The notes under the pieces are model-generated. The model was not told the DNA's origin, made no database searches, and saw nothing but the letters and a program-made list of their open reading frames with translations. Shown here in pieces: positions 19,016 to 27,048 of a stretch of 53,186 bases of DNA; position 1 is the first letter of the stretch, and every line of letters begins with the position of its first letter. A program made the translations under genes and the position numbers. This DNA is from a candidate division WOR-3 bacterium (GTDB lineage: Bacteria; Hydrothermota; Tepidihabitantia; B3-TA06): positions 1-53,186 of the forward strand of contig CBFGKC010000016.1 of the NCBI GenBank assembly GCA_965649265.1, given 5' to 3'.

Positions 19016-20428
19016 TCATTTTACGAGGATGACCTTCCTTGGATCAGCCTTCAAGCCTTCCGCAACAATGAAATAGACCCCAGTCCGCCCTCCTCCCCAT
19101 CGAATGGTGCCCTGGGTGTGAGGAGATCGAATTTCGTCTATTCTGCGACCCGACGCGTCGAACACCTGCGCCCGGAAACCCTCCGCGCAGTTGGAGAAGC
19201 AAAGGGTAATCTCCGAACCGATTGGCGAGGATATCTCGAGGTGTGTTACGGGCATTTCTGAGGAGGGCTGGGGTGTTACGGGTGGTTCCGGGGAGGGCTC
19301 GGAGACGCCTAAAAGCCCCAGGGAATCCGTCTTGCACAAGAAAAGTTCCGTACCCTGCCAGCCGGTTGTAATGTAGCCATTGTCGGATGTCTTTTTAAGC
19401 CCTGTCTGACCGCGAGGCTGGCTCCACAAGGTATTTCCCTGGGAATCCAGTTTAGCCATACCCAACCCGCTCACAACACAGCTTCCGTCTTCTTCGCAGA
19501 CGACCGCCTCACTGCAGTCCAGGTCATTGCGGAACCAGAGCAGCTCACCTGCCGAATCGAGCTTGAAGACAACCAAGCCTGCAGAATCGGCGCTTGAGGC
19601 CGTTGCCGTCATATAATCCGCGTACCCCGCAACAACGAAACCCCCGTCACTCGACTCGTCAACGGCATTCGCAAGCGCATAATAAAACCCGGTCGAATCG
19701 CTACTTCCCCAGTTAAAATATCTCTCCCAGACAACACCACCTTGTGTGTTCAATCTAACCACGGCTATATAATACCCGCTGTCATAATCCAGCTTGTAAC
19801 CTGCAAGAATGAATCCGTTATCTGAAGTTTCGCGAACACAACATGCGCGGCCATATCCCAGGGTATCTATCCGTAGCGTATTACCAAGTGAGTCAATCTT
19901 CATAAAAAGCATATTCCCCCTGCCTGCCCCGGCGATTGCATAGCTGCCGTCCGAGCACTTCACGACGTCGTACCCCACGGTGTCCCTGCCAAATGTTCTG
20001 GTCCACAACGTGTCGCCCGCTGAATCGGTCTTCAAGAGCCAGATGCTTGCATACATGGAATCGGGCACCGCGGAATTGCTGAACAAAAGGTATCCGCCGT
20101 CTCCGGTTTGCTGGTCTCCCCAGCCCAGTTCATTGACGCCTTTCGTGTACGATTTTGACCATTGCTTGTGGCCCAAGGAATCTACCTTCAAAACGAGAAA
20201 AGGCCCGTTTCCCGGAAAGCTGTCCTTCGGGTATATTCCGCCTATAACGATGTAACCATCGTCGCTCGTCTGATTGACGACACTTCCCGTAAGCACCTTG
20301 CCCGCCTCTCCATACGTCCGGATCCAGCCGGCAAGTACCGTTAACGGGATAAGAATGAGCAACGATATTGCTGCGGCAAGGACATTGCGACTTTTTGGGA
20401 AAACACTTGAAAACGATCTCACGTTCAC
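19016..20428 (-). CDS. Secreted beta-propeller-like repeat protein with T9SS-type C-terminal domain
   Basis: Signal peptide; repeated T.DGGY...G....LLK.DS.G..LW units; C-terminal FDASGR...GVYFI...KVILVK. Confidence 0.88.
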   Translation of the reverse strand: MNVRSFSSVFPKSRNVLAAAISLLILIPLTVLAGWIRTYGEAGKVLTGSVVNQTSDDGYIVIGGIYPKDSFPGNGPFLVLKVDSLGHKQWSKSYTKGVNELGWGDQQTGDGGYLLFSNSAVPDSMYASIWLLKTDSAGDTLWTRTFGRDTVGYDVVKCSDGSYAIAGAGRGNMLFMKIDSLGNTLRIDTLGYGRACCVRETSDNGFILAGYKLDYDSGYYIAVVRLNTQGGVVWERYFNWGSSDSTGFYYALANAVDESSDGGFVVAGYADYMTATASSADSAGLVVFKLDSAGELLWFRNDLDCSEAVVCEEDGSCVVSGLGMAKLDSQGNTLWSQPRGQTGLKKTSDNGYITTGWQGTELFLCKTDSLGLLGVSEPSPEPPVTPQPSSEMPVTHLEISSPIGSEITLCFSNCAEGFRAQVFDASGRRIDEIRSPHTQGTIRWGGGRTGVYFIVAEGLKADPRKVILVK

Positions 20429-20659
20429 CTCCGTTTAAGATTGTTATAAAGATTAATATACGCCCGGATTACATACTGTCAAGCTTACCCATCTCCCTCT
20501 CTAAAATGCAGGACCTTCCCTCGACGAGAAGGAATTGGCGGAGTAAGTCGAGGGCGCAAGCAGCTAACTCAGGACGACATGGTTCGTATTATGGAAAAGT
20601 TTCTGGTGAGTTACGGGTCAGATGTGTTACGGGCCTGGTGTGTTACGGGTGGGGTGATT

Positions 20660-21385
20660 TTATGTTCTTGACACCCACGCTCCGCCGATGGTGAGCCCCA
20701 TCACGTCCTTTGCGCCTGCGCCGAGGAGCGCTTTTGAGGCCTCGTCGAGCGTAGAGCCGGTGGTGATAACGTCGTCGAGCAAGAGAATACGTTTTTCCTT
20801 GACCAGAGGGACGTTCTTCGGGCTGATGCGGAACGCGCCCTGCACGTTGGCGCGGCGGGCGGACGCCGGGAGGTTGGTCTGCGTGCGCGTGATGCGCGAG
20901 CGTGCAAGGATGTCGGCAAAGAAAAGCCCGGAGTCTCTCGACAGGGTTTTGGCGAGCACGGCGCTCTGGTTGTAGCCCCTTCTCCACTTTTTGAAGGGAT
21001 GCAAGGGAACGGGAACGATGAGGTCGGCTGATGAGAGCACTGGGTCGGAGGAGAGAACGAGAGAGAGCCGGGACGAGAAAAAACCCCGCAACCCCAGCTG
21101 CTGGTTGTATTTGAAGGCGTAAACGAGCTTATCGAGGGGATGAGTGAAGCGCGCCCATGCTCGTACCCTTGAGAGGGTGAGGGGATGCTTGACACACTCG
21201 CGGCAAACTGTCGAGCGCCGGCTCTTTTCGAGCGGCGCGCCGCAGCGCTGGCAAAATCTTTGCTCTATGGGCTTGATTTTCGAGAGGCAGTCTGAACATA
21301 TGACAGAGCCATCCGTATCCTTGTCACATACAATGCAGACGGGCGGGAAAAGGAAGTCGGCAAAGACCCTCAGGAACCGCGGCAT
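20660..21385 (-). CDS. comF: ComF family protein (double zinc ribbon + PRTase domain)
   Basis: Four CxxC pairs, VPVPLH...RRGYNQS, LLLDDVITTGSTL. Confidence 0.95.
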   Translation of the reverse strand: MPRFLRVFADFLFPPVCIVCDKDTDGSVICSDCLSKIKPIEQRFCQRCGAPLEKSRRSTVCRECVKHPLTLSRVRAWARFTHPLDKLVYAFKYNQQLGLRGFFSSRLSLVLSSDPVLSSADLIVPVPLHPFKKWRRGYNQSAVLAKTLSRDSGLFFADILARSRITRTQTNLPASARRANVQGAFRISPKNVPLVKEKRILLLDDVITTGSTLDEASKALLGAGAKDVMGLTIGGAWVSRT

Positions 21386-21486
21386 CCCCTCCTCCCCTAT
21401 CTGGAAGTTTCTATATCGGAATTTGGCCTGGACAAACCGCGCGTCTCAAACCTCCCTACCGGGACCTGCGCCCGCCGCGGGGCTTG

Positions 21487-22356
21487 TCAGGACTTGTGCT
21501 TGCGGCTCGAACCCTTTTTGGATTTCGCCTTCTCATCCTTCTCCTTGTCGGCCATTTTCGCCCGTTCGGCTTTGACCCACGCAAGCGAAAGAACCTTCTC
21601 TTGCGTAAAGACTGAGATGAGGAAAAAGACGACGCCCACGGCTATCAATGCAAGGGCTATTATCTGGTTGGTCCAGAGATTCAGGTCGTTCTCGTAATAA
21701 CGCAGGAAGTTGATGCCGAAACGGAGTCCACCGAATCCGATGAGGAAGAATGAGAAAAGCATCCCCTTTCGAAGGGATTTAATATGCATCAGAGCGAGCA
21801 GTATGCCGAAAAGCAGAAGGCCGCCCCCGACCTGGAAAAGCTGAGTGGGCCACACGGTGTGACCGGGCCCGAACGTGGCGGAAGCGAACGAGTGATCGGG
21901 GAACACGATGCCGCAGACGGAGGTTTCATTTCCGAAGCAGCAGCCGTTGAAGAAACAGCCGAAACGACCTATGCCCTCGCCCAGCGCCATGACGGGCGCA
22001 ACGGCATCCAGAAGCGGAAAGACCGGCAGCTTCTTTATCCACACGTAGACGCCGCCTGCAAGAAATCCGAGAATGAATCCTCCGTAATAGACCGCCCCGC
22101 CCTCCCAGAGGGCGAAAATCCTCTGCGGCGCGTCCTTGAATTCCGGCCAGTGCATGAACACGTATGCGAGCCTTGAGCCGACAACGACGCCGATTATCAC
22201 CCAGAACGCGAGATCGACCACGAGCCCGGGGTCCATGAGCGTGCGGCGCTTGAGGATGCTGCGCAGGACAATTATTCCGACTACAAAAGCCAGGAGAAGA
22301 AACAAGCTGTACGTGCGGATTTGAATACCGCCCAAATCTAACAAAAGAGGATACAT
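21487..22356 (-). CDS. lgt: Prolipoprotein diacylglyceryl transferase
   Basis: GSRLAYV, WEGGAVYYGG, IGRFGCFFNGCCFG, PTQL; multi-TM. Confidence 0.95.
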   Translation of the reverse strand: MYPLLLDLGGIQIRTYSLFLLLAFVVGIIVLRSILKRRTLMDPGLVVDLAFWVIIGVVVGSRLAYVFMHWPEFKDAPQRIFALWEGGAVYYGGFILGFLAGGVYVWIKKLPVFPLLDAVAPVMALGEGIGRFGCFFNGCCFGNETSVCGIVFPDHSFASATFGPGHTVWPTQLFQVGGGLLLFGILLALMHIKSLRKGMLFSFFLIGFGGLRFGINFLRYYENDLNLWTNQIIALALIAVGVVFFLISVFTQEKVLSLAWVKAERAKMADKEKDEKAKSKKGSSRKHKS

Positions 22357-22674
22357 GGCGCTATCCTAGACGAAAGTTTGGAAATGTCAATACCTTTCAC
22401 CCCGCAAAGGTACTAAGTAACTTTGAGGGAACCCCTCGAAGGGCAGCAAGTTTCATGCTGAGGTAAGCGAGCGCCTGGAAGGCGCATGAGAAGTTTTGCA
22501 TGAATACTATCGCCTGGATGCAAAACTTCACTTCGTCTGAGATATTTCAAACAAATAATGGGCATTCTCTAAGGGTTCTGAGGGGGGCGAGCGCCTGGGC
22601 CGGCGGGCAGAATGGACTTCTGTCTAGTTGGATTGAGGAGAGCTCTGTGGAGAAATCTGAGGAGGGCTGAGGGG

Positions 22675-22780
22675 GGCTGAGTGAGGGCGGCGACATCGAA
22701 TGTCGCTTGTCGAACTTCGTTCGACCGTTCGGTTTGCACTATGCCAATGCATTTTCAGTCAGGTGGTTTCTGAGGAGGGC
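22675..22780. repeat. 106-bp double-hairpin dispersed repeat, copy 2
   Basis: Near-identical to 2529-2634, same orientation, flanked by CTGAGGAGGG decamers and CCCGTAACAC. Confidence 0.9.
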
Positions 22781-22897
22781 CCCGTAACACAACGCCCCGT
22801 CGCTGTCAGTGATCTGGGGAGGTACGGTTCGAATTATCCCCTGTGCGATTTGACATTGAGGCGCCGCTGAGGAGGGCTGAGGAGGTCTGAGGAGGGC

Positions 22898-23983
22898 TTA
22901 ATGAAGATCGGGTGTGATATTCATGGGAACGGGAACGACGGTAAGGACGAGTATGACCAGCGCGGCGACGGCGATGAGGATATCGGATGTTCCCGCCGGG
23001 CTTATCTCGTCCTCTGCGGGCGGGTGCCTGAATCCGAAGGCAAGCGATATCGCGCCCCAGACCAGCCAGTTCCAGGCGCGAAAAACAACTGCGGTAACCA
23101 CGAGCGCGGCGTAGGTGATTATTGTCAGGTATATGCGATTCCTTCCGAAAATGCCGTAGGCGATGTGCCCGCCGTCCAGCTGCGAGAGCGGCAGAAGATT
23201 GAGCGATGTGACGAGGAACCCGAGCCAGCCCGCAAGGGCGACCGGATGGATCATTACGGTAAAGCCGTCGGGTATCGGCCCCTTGACGATAAGGATAAGG
23301 AGCTTGAATATGAGCGACTCCCCGAATTCAGTCATGCCGGGGGTGTGAGGGTTAGCGACCACGCTCGAGAGCATGAGTCCGATGATTGTGACCGGAATCG
23401 CGACGAGGAACCCGATAATAGGTCCTGCGGCGCCCACGCGGATGAGTGCGCGGCGGTTCGGCGTGAGCCCCATGCGGATAACGGCGCCCATGGTTCCGAA
23501 AGGAGGCAGGAAGGGGATAAAGAAAGGCGGCGTGGCCTGCATGCCGTAGTGGCGGCAGGTTAGAAAGTGCCCTAGTTCGTGGCTCCCCAGGATGAGGATG
23601 ATGGCCAGCGCGTACGGGAGCCCCTTCCAGATAAGGAGCGGATTCGTGAAGACGTCCGCGCCCTCGAGCAGCGCGCCGCCCAGGGCGGTCGTGATGAAGG
23701 TGAGACCGAAAAGAAGGACGTTGAGCCACGGCCTCTGCTTGACCGTCCTGAGTTTGAATAATCCTATTTTGATGACGTGAGGTGAATAGGATGATTTCGG
23801 GTCTTTCTCGAGGAAGGGTACCCACCCCTCCCCCTTCACCAGGCTTTTGATGGCCTTGATGCTTTCTGCTCCGGGCTCCTGAAGCCGGCCTGCAAGAACG
23901 ACATAGTTCCCGTCATTTCTCACCGAGTCCACCCTCATGTGATTTTCAATTTTTACGATTAATTCTTCTATTGGTTCTCTCAT
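22898..23983 (-). CDS. Site-2 protease (M50) family membrane metalloprotease
   Basis: HELGH, GAAGP, NLLPLSQLDGGH. Confidence 0.95.
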   Translation of the reverse strand: MREPIEELIVKIENHMRVDSVRNDGNYVVLAGRLQEPGAESIKAIKSLVKGEGWVPFLEKDPKSSYSPHVIKIGLFKLRTVKQRPWLNVLLFGLTFITTALGGALLEGADVFTNPLLIWKGLPYALAIILILGSHELGHFLTCRHYGMQATPPFFIPFLPPFGTMGAVIRMGLTPNRRALIRVGAAGPIIGFLVAIPVTIIGLMLSSVVANPHTPGMTEFGESLIFKLLILIVKGPIPDGFTVMIHPVALAGWLGFLVTSLNLLPLSQLDGGHIAYGIFGRNRIYLTIITYAALVVTAVVFRAWNWLVWGAISLAFGFRHPPAEDEISPAGTSDILIAVAALVILVLTVVPVPMNITPDLH

Positions 23984-24037
23984 AATCGGGCTTAACTATA
24001 GTAAGATATGAGGTCTCGTCAAGTTGTGGTAAGGAAA

Positions 24038-24811
24038 CTAAACACCGAACGCTTCGTAAAGCGTTTTGAGCTGCTCATCGGTGAGACCGGGGTTTTGGAG
24101 TCCTTGACCGAGGAGGAGGGCGATTTTAGCCGCCTTGTCGGCGACTTCTATGAGATCGAGGGCAGACGCGAGATCGGTGCCTGCGGCCGCCATCCCGTGT
24201 CCGGACCAGATTACGGCGTTGACCTTGAGCAATGAATCCTTTGTTGCATCGGCGAGTTCCCGGCTGCCAGGCGTGATGTAAGGAAGCTGTACGAGGTTGT
24301 CTTTCAAAAGGAGCGCGGCCTCGGGAAACATCCTGGGAAGTGCGGATGCGAGATCGATTCCCGTATCGAGGAGGTGGCTCAAGGCCAGCACATTGGTGGG
24401 ATGCGTGTGCAGAAGAGTGGTGATTGAGGGTCTCGATTCGACAAACACGGCATGAGCGGCAATGTGGCTCGCAAGTTCGGTCGTGGGAAGCCCCTTCTCG
24501 CTCTGGTGAAGGTACGAGCTGCCGTCCTCGCTTACGGTAACGAGCGAGACGTTTGCGATCGGATCAGAGGCGACGTCGCGCATGCGGCTGCCCCTCGTTT
24601 TCACGAGAAAGGAGCAAGAGGAGAGCGATGGGAAGCTTTCCGGGAGATCGAGGGGCGACGTGTCTTTCGCCGAGATCGGGCAAGTTTTATCAAGACGGAT
24701 GGAGAAGTTGCCGCCGTTTCCCTCGGCCCAGCCTCGCTCCGCAAGGATACGGGCGAGTTCGGTGATTTGTTTTTCATGCGCGGACAGGGCTTCCTGGAGT
24801 TTCTCGAGCAT
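24038..24811 (-). CDS. rhaD: Class II aldolase, rhamnulose-1-phosphate aldolase-like
   Basis: RGWAEGNGGNFS, PTTELASH, LHTHPT, W.GHG. Confidence 0.8.
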   Translation of the reverse strand: MLEKLQEALSAHEKQITELARILAERGWAEGNGGNFSIRLDKTCPISAKDTSPLDLPESFPSLSSCSFLVKTRGSRMRDVASDPIANVSLVTVSEDGSSYLHQSEKGLPTTELASHIAAHAVFVESRPSITTLLHTHPTNVLALSHLLDTGIDLASALPRMFPEAALLLKDNLVQLPYITPGSRELADATKDSLLKVNAVIWSGHGMAAAGTDLASALDLIEVADKAAKIALLLGQGLQNPGLTDEQLKTLYEAFGV

Positions 24812-24899
24812 TTCTTATGTTACCGTTTATGCACGGATTGTCAACGCCGGAGGTAAATCTCAAAACCACCAAGGATGAATGTATAAGTGAAATATCGGA

Positions 24900-25184
24900 A
24901 GCCCCCCTCAGCAACCGCCTCAACATCTAACACGCGCAAGAACAAATTTGAACGACGCTTTCCCAGATTGCATGCAAAGGGGGTGTGTTACGGGAGCCCC
25001 CCTCAGCAACATCTCGATAACCAACCCACGTACAGAACAATCCCAAGTTGTCTTTTCAGGTCACGGAATGTGAAGGAGGTGTGTTACGGGAGCCCCCCTC
25101 AGTAACGCCTCAACATTCGATCTGCACATGAGTCAATTTGAACGGTACTTTCCCAGATTGCATGCAAAGGGGGTGTGTTACGGG
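24900..25184. repeat. Tandem array of three ~95-bp units, each bounded by AGCCCCCCTCAG ... GGTGTGTTACGGG
   Basis: Units at about 24900-24994, 24995-25090 and 25091-25184; units 1 and 3 share TTTCCCAGATTGCATGCAAAG, while the interior of unit 2 is largely different. Confidence 0.85.
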
Positions 25185-25254
25185 TTACGGGGTGTTACAT
25201 CCACCAGAGAGGCCGAAGGCCCATGCAGATATGAGAGTGCCCTTTGGGTACGGG

Positions 25255-26145
25255 TTACGGGGTTGTAGCGATGCGCTCGAGTTCGGAGGCGAGGTGGTCT
25301 GCGGACTCCACTCTCAGGCTGTGTGCGCTGAACTCATCGAGAGGGGTCAAGGCAGGCAGCTTGGCTGAGGAGGAGATGTTTTCGACGCCCGACTGGCCGA
25401 AGTGTGAAAGGAGTTCGGAACGCGAAAGTTGCACTGGACCGTCAAGGCCTTCCTGGGCATCTGCGATCACGGGATGGAAGAAAACGAGTTTCTGAAGCCT
25501 TGTGTTTGCCGAGCGGCTGCCGGACAGGCTTCGTGTCCAGGGCGTTGCGTAAAGGTAGACGCCGTCCTTTTCAGTGCGAAGAAGAAGCCTGTCCTCTCCC
25601 AGACTGGGGAACCTCTTGGCAACCGAGTTCAGAATCTTTCGGGAATCCTCATGCGGAGCTGCATTTACGAGAAAGCCCTTCTGGGAGACCATCAAGCCGA
25701 GACCGCGGACGAGCTGCTCCTTTTGGAGATCAAGACTAACCCGGAATATCACCTGGAACAAAAGGTTCCACGCCGAGACAAAGCTCTTTTGCGCGACCCA
25801 GGGTATGCTGACAAAGATTTTGACCTTTCTGCGCATGGGAGCGAGAATGGCTTCCATAGCCGCACCTTCCTGGAGAGGGGATGAGATTCTTAAGAAAAGG
25901 TAGTCCCCCTTCTCTGTAAGTGTCCATACAGGACCATTTACGAGTACTCGGCCCGTGGGAAAACTTACACCCTCGGCAGGTTTATCTATAACATCAACGT
26001 GAATGGTTTGGTGTGTCGGAATGATGGCACCTTCGCCAAAAATCTGGAATGCCCGCAAGCTCGCGTAACGAACAGGACTCTTGACGTAAAAGTAAAAGAG
26101 AAGTTCCCTGTCACAAAGGTTAAGTCTTGCGTCGGCCGTAATCAC
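25255..26145 (-). CDS. Hypothetical protein, HprK/ScmC-like P-loop kinase fold with degenerate Walker A
   Basis: LGEDRLLLR...LYATPW matches the (S)DDR....R....GTPW signature; no GxSGxGKST where expected (NAAPHEDSRK). GAGG SD before the GTG start. Confidence 0.6.
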   Translation of the reverse strand: MITADARLNLCDRELLFYFYVKSPVRYASLRAFQIFGEGAIIPTHQTIHVDVIDKPAEGVSFPTGRVLVNGPVWTLTEKGDYLFLRISSPLQEGAAMEAILAPMRRKVKIFVSIPWVAQKSFVSAWNLLFQVIFRVSLDLQKEQLVRGLGLMVSQKGFLVNAAPHEDSRKILNSVAKRFPSLGEDRLLLRTEKDGVYLYATPWTRSLSGSRSANTRLQKLVFFHPVIADAQEGLDGPVQLSRSELLSHFGQSGVENISSSAKLPALTPLDEFSAHSLRVESADHLASELERIATTP

Positions 26146-26392
26146 GGGATTATTACCTCAAAAAGGGAGGTGGCCATCGAGGAAACCCCGATAGCCACCG
26201 GATAAGTATGGGAGGAGGGCGTAATTTCAATTTTTTTCGTTTTCAACACGACTCTCATAATTTAAATTCCACACCTGCGCCCTTTGGGTAGGGCGGCTGC
26301 CGAGATAACCCGGCAGCCGCCGGATAAGTATGGGAGGAGGGCGTAATCTTTTTTTCCTTTCCCTGCTGTTTCCAAGTTTTCCTTTTCGTCAC
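26142..26392 (-). ncRNA. Putative tandem structured leader/sRNA: two copies of AUUACGCCCUCCUCCCAUACUUAUCCGG + GC hairpin; also encodes coupled micro-ORFs 26255-26392 and 26142-26258
   Basis: 28-nt exact repeat at 26198-26225 and 26320-26347, each followed by a different but fully pairing stem; promoter TTGACG-16-TATTCT at about 26441-26414. Confidence 0.5.
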
Positions 26393-26686
26393 ATCCTCTG
26401 TGACTTTGTGTGAAGAATAGTTCAAAGAAGGCGAGCGTCAATAAGTAAGATGCCCTACATCAGAATATAGGGCATCTTGCCTAGAAATTTAGATGTCGCT
26501 GGCCAGACTTCGGTTTAGATAAGTTACATTTAAAGTATAAGTTGTTTGGTCGAGTATTAAATCGAGTTTCGAAACATATACCTTGCTCTTCGCATCATTT
26601 TCATATGCTCGTTTATTCCACACAGTCTGGACTTGACAATAGTATTCCCGGTAGTAGACTTCTTTTTAAAACTTTGGAGGTTCTTA

Positions 26687-26899
26687 ATGTGGGTTTATTG
26701 TGAAAATGATATAGAAATCGAGTGCGAGTCGCTTGAAACATGGGAACGCAATTCATCCTTCCTTTCCCTTAAAAACTGCACTATCAGGAAGAAGATAACC
26801 TCAAAGAAGGGTATTGCGCACATTATCCTGAATCCCAGCCAGGTCATAGCAATAGGCGAGGAAAAACTGGACTGGCACGAGTTGCAGCGAGTTAGATAA
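26687..26899 (+). CDS. Small hypothetical protein (70 aa)
   Basis: ATG at 26687 after GGAGG; promoter TTGACA-16-TAGACT; beta-rich sequence. Confidence 0.65.
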   Translation: MWVYCENDIEIECESLETWERNSSFLSLKNCTIRKKITSKKGIAHIILNPSQVIAIGEEKLDWHELQRVR

Positions 26900-27048
26900 C
26901 CGACGCAGTTACCCCGGTAAAGAAGCTGAAAGGGGTTGACAGAATGCAAGGAGTTGCTAAACTTATGTTATTATTGCTGAGCGCTTCTTAAAAGAAGCAG
27001 GCTAATTTGAAAGATAACCCTTTGATGAGAGGTTGTAGGAGATATACT

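Noticed and set aside
24900-25184. CRISPR array
   Set aside because: Only two full junction repeats, ~63-bp spacers of which two are homologous, and no cas genes; reported as a cassette-like repeat instead.
26142-26392. Lasso peptide precursors
   Set aside because: No convincing YxxPxL...T-x-G leader/core, and no lasso cyclase, B protein or PqqD in the window.
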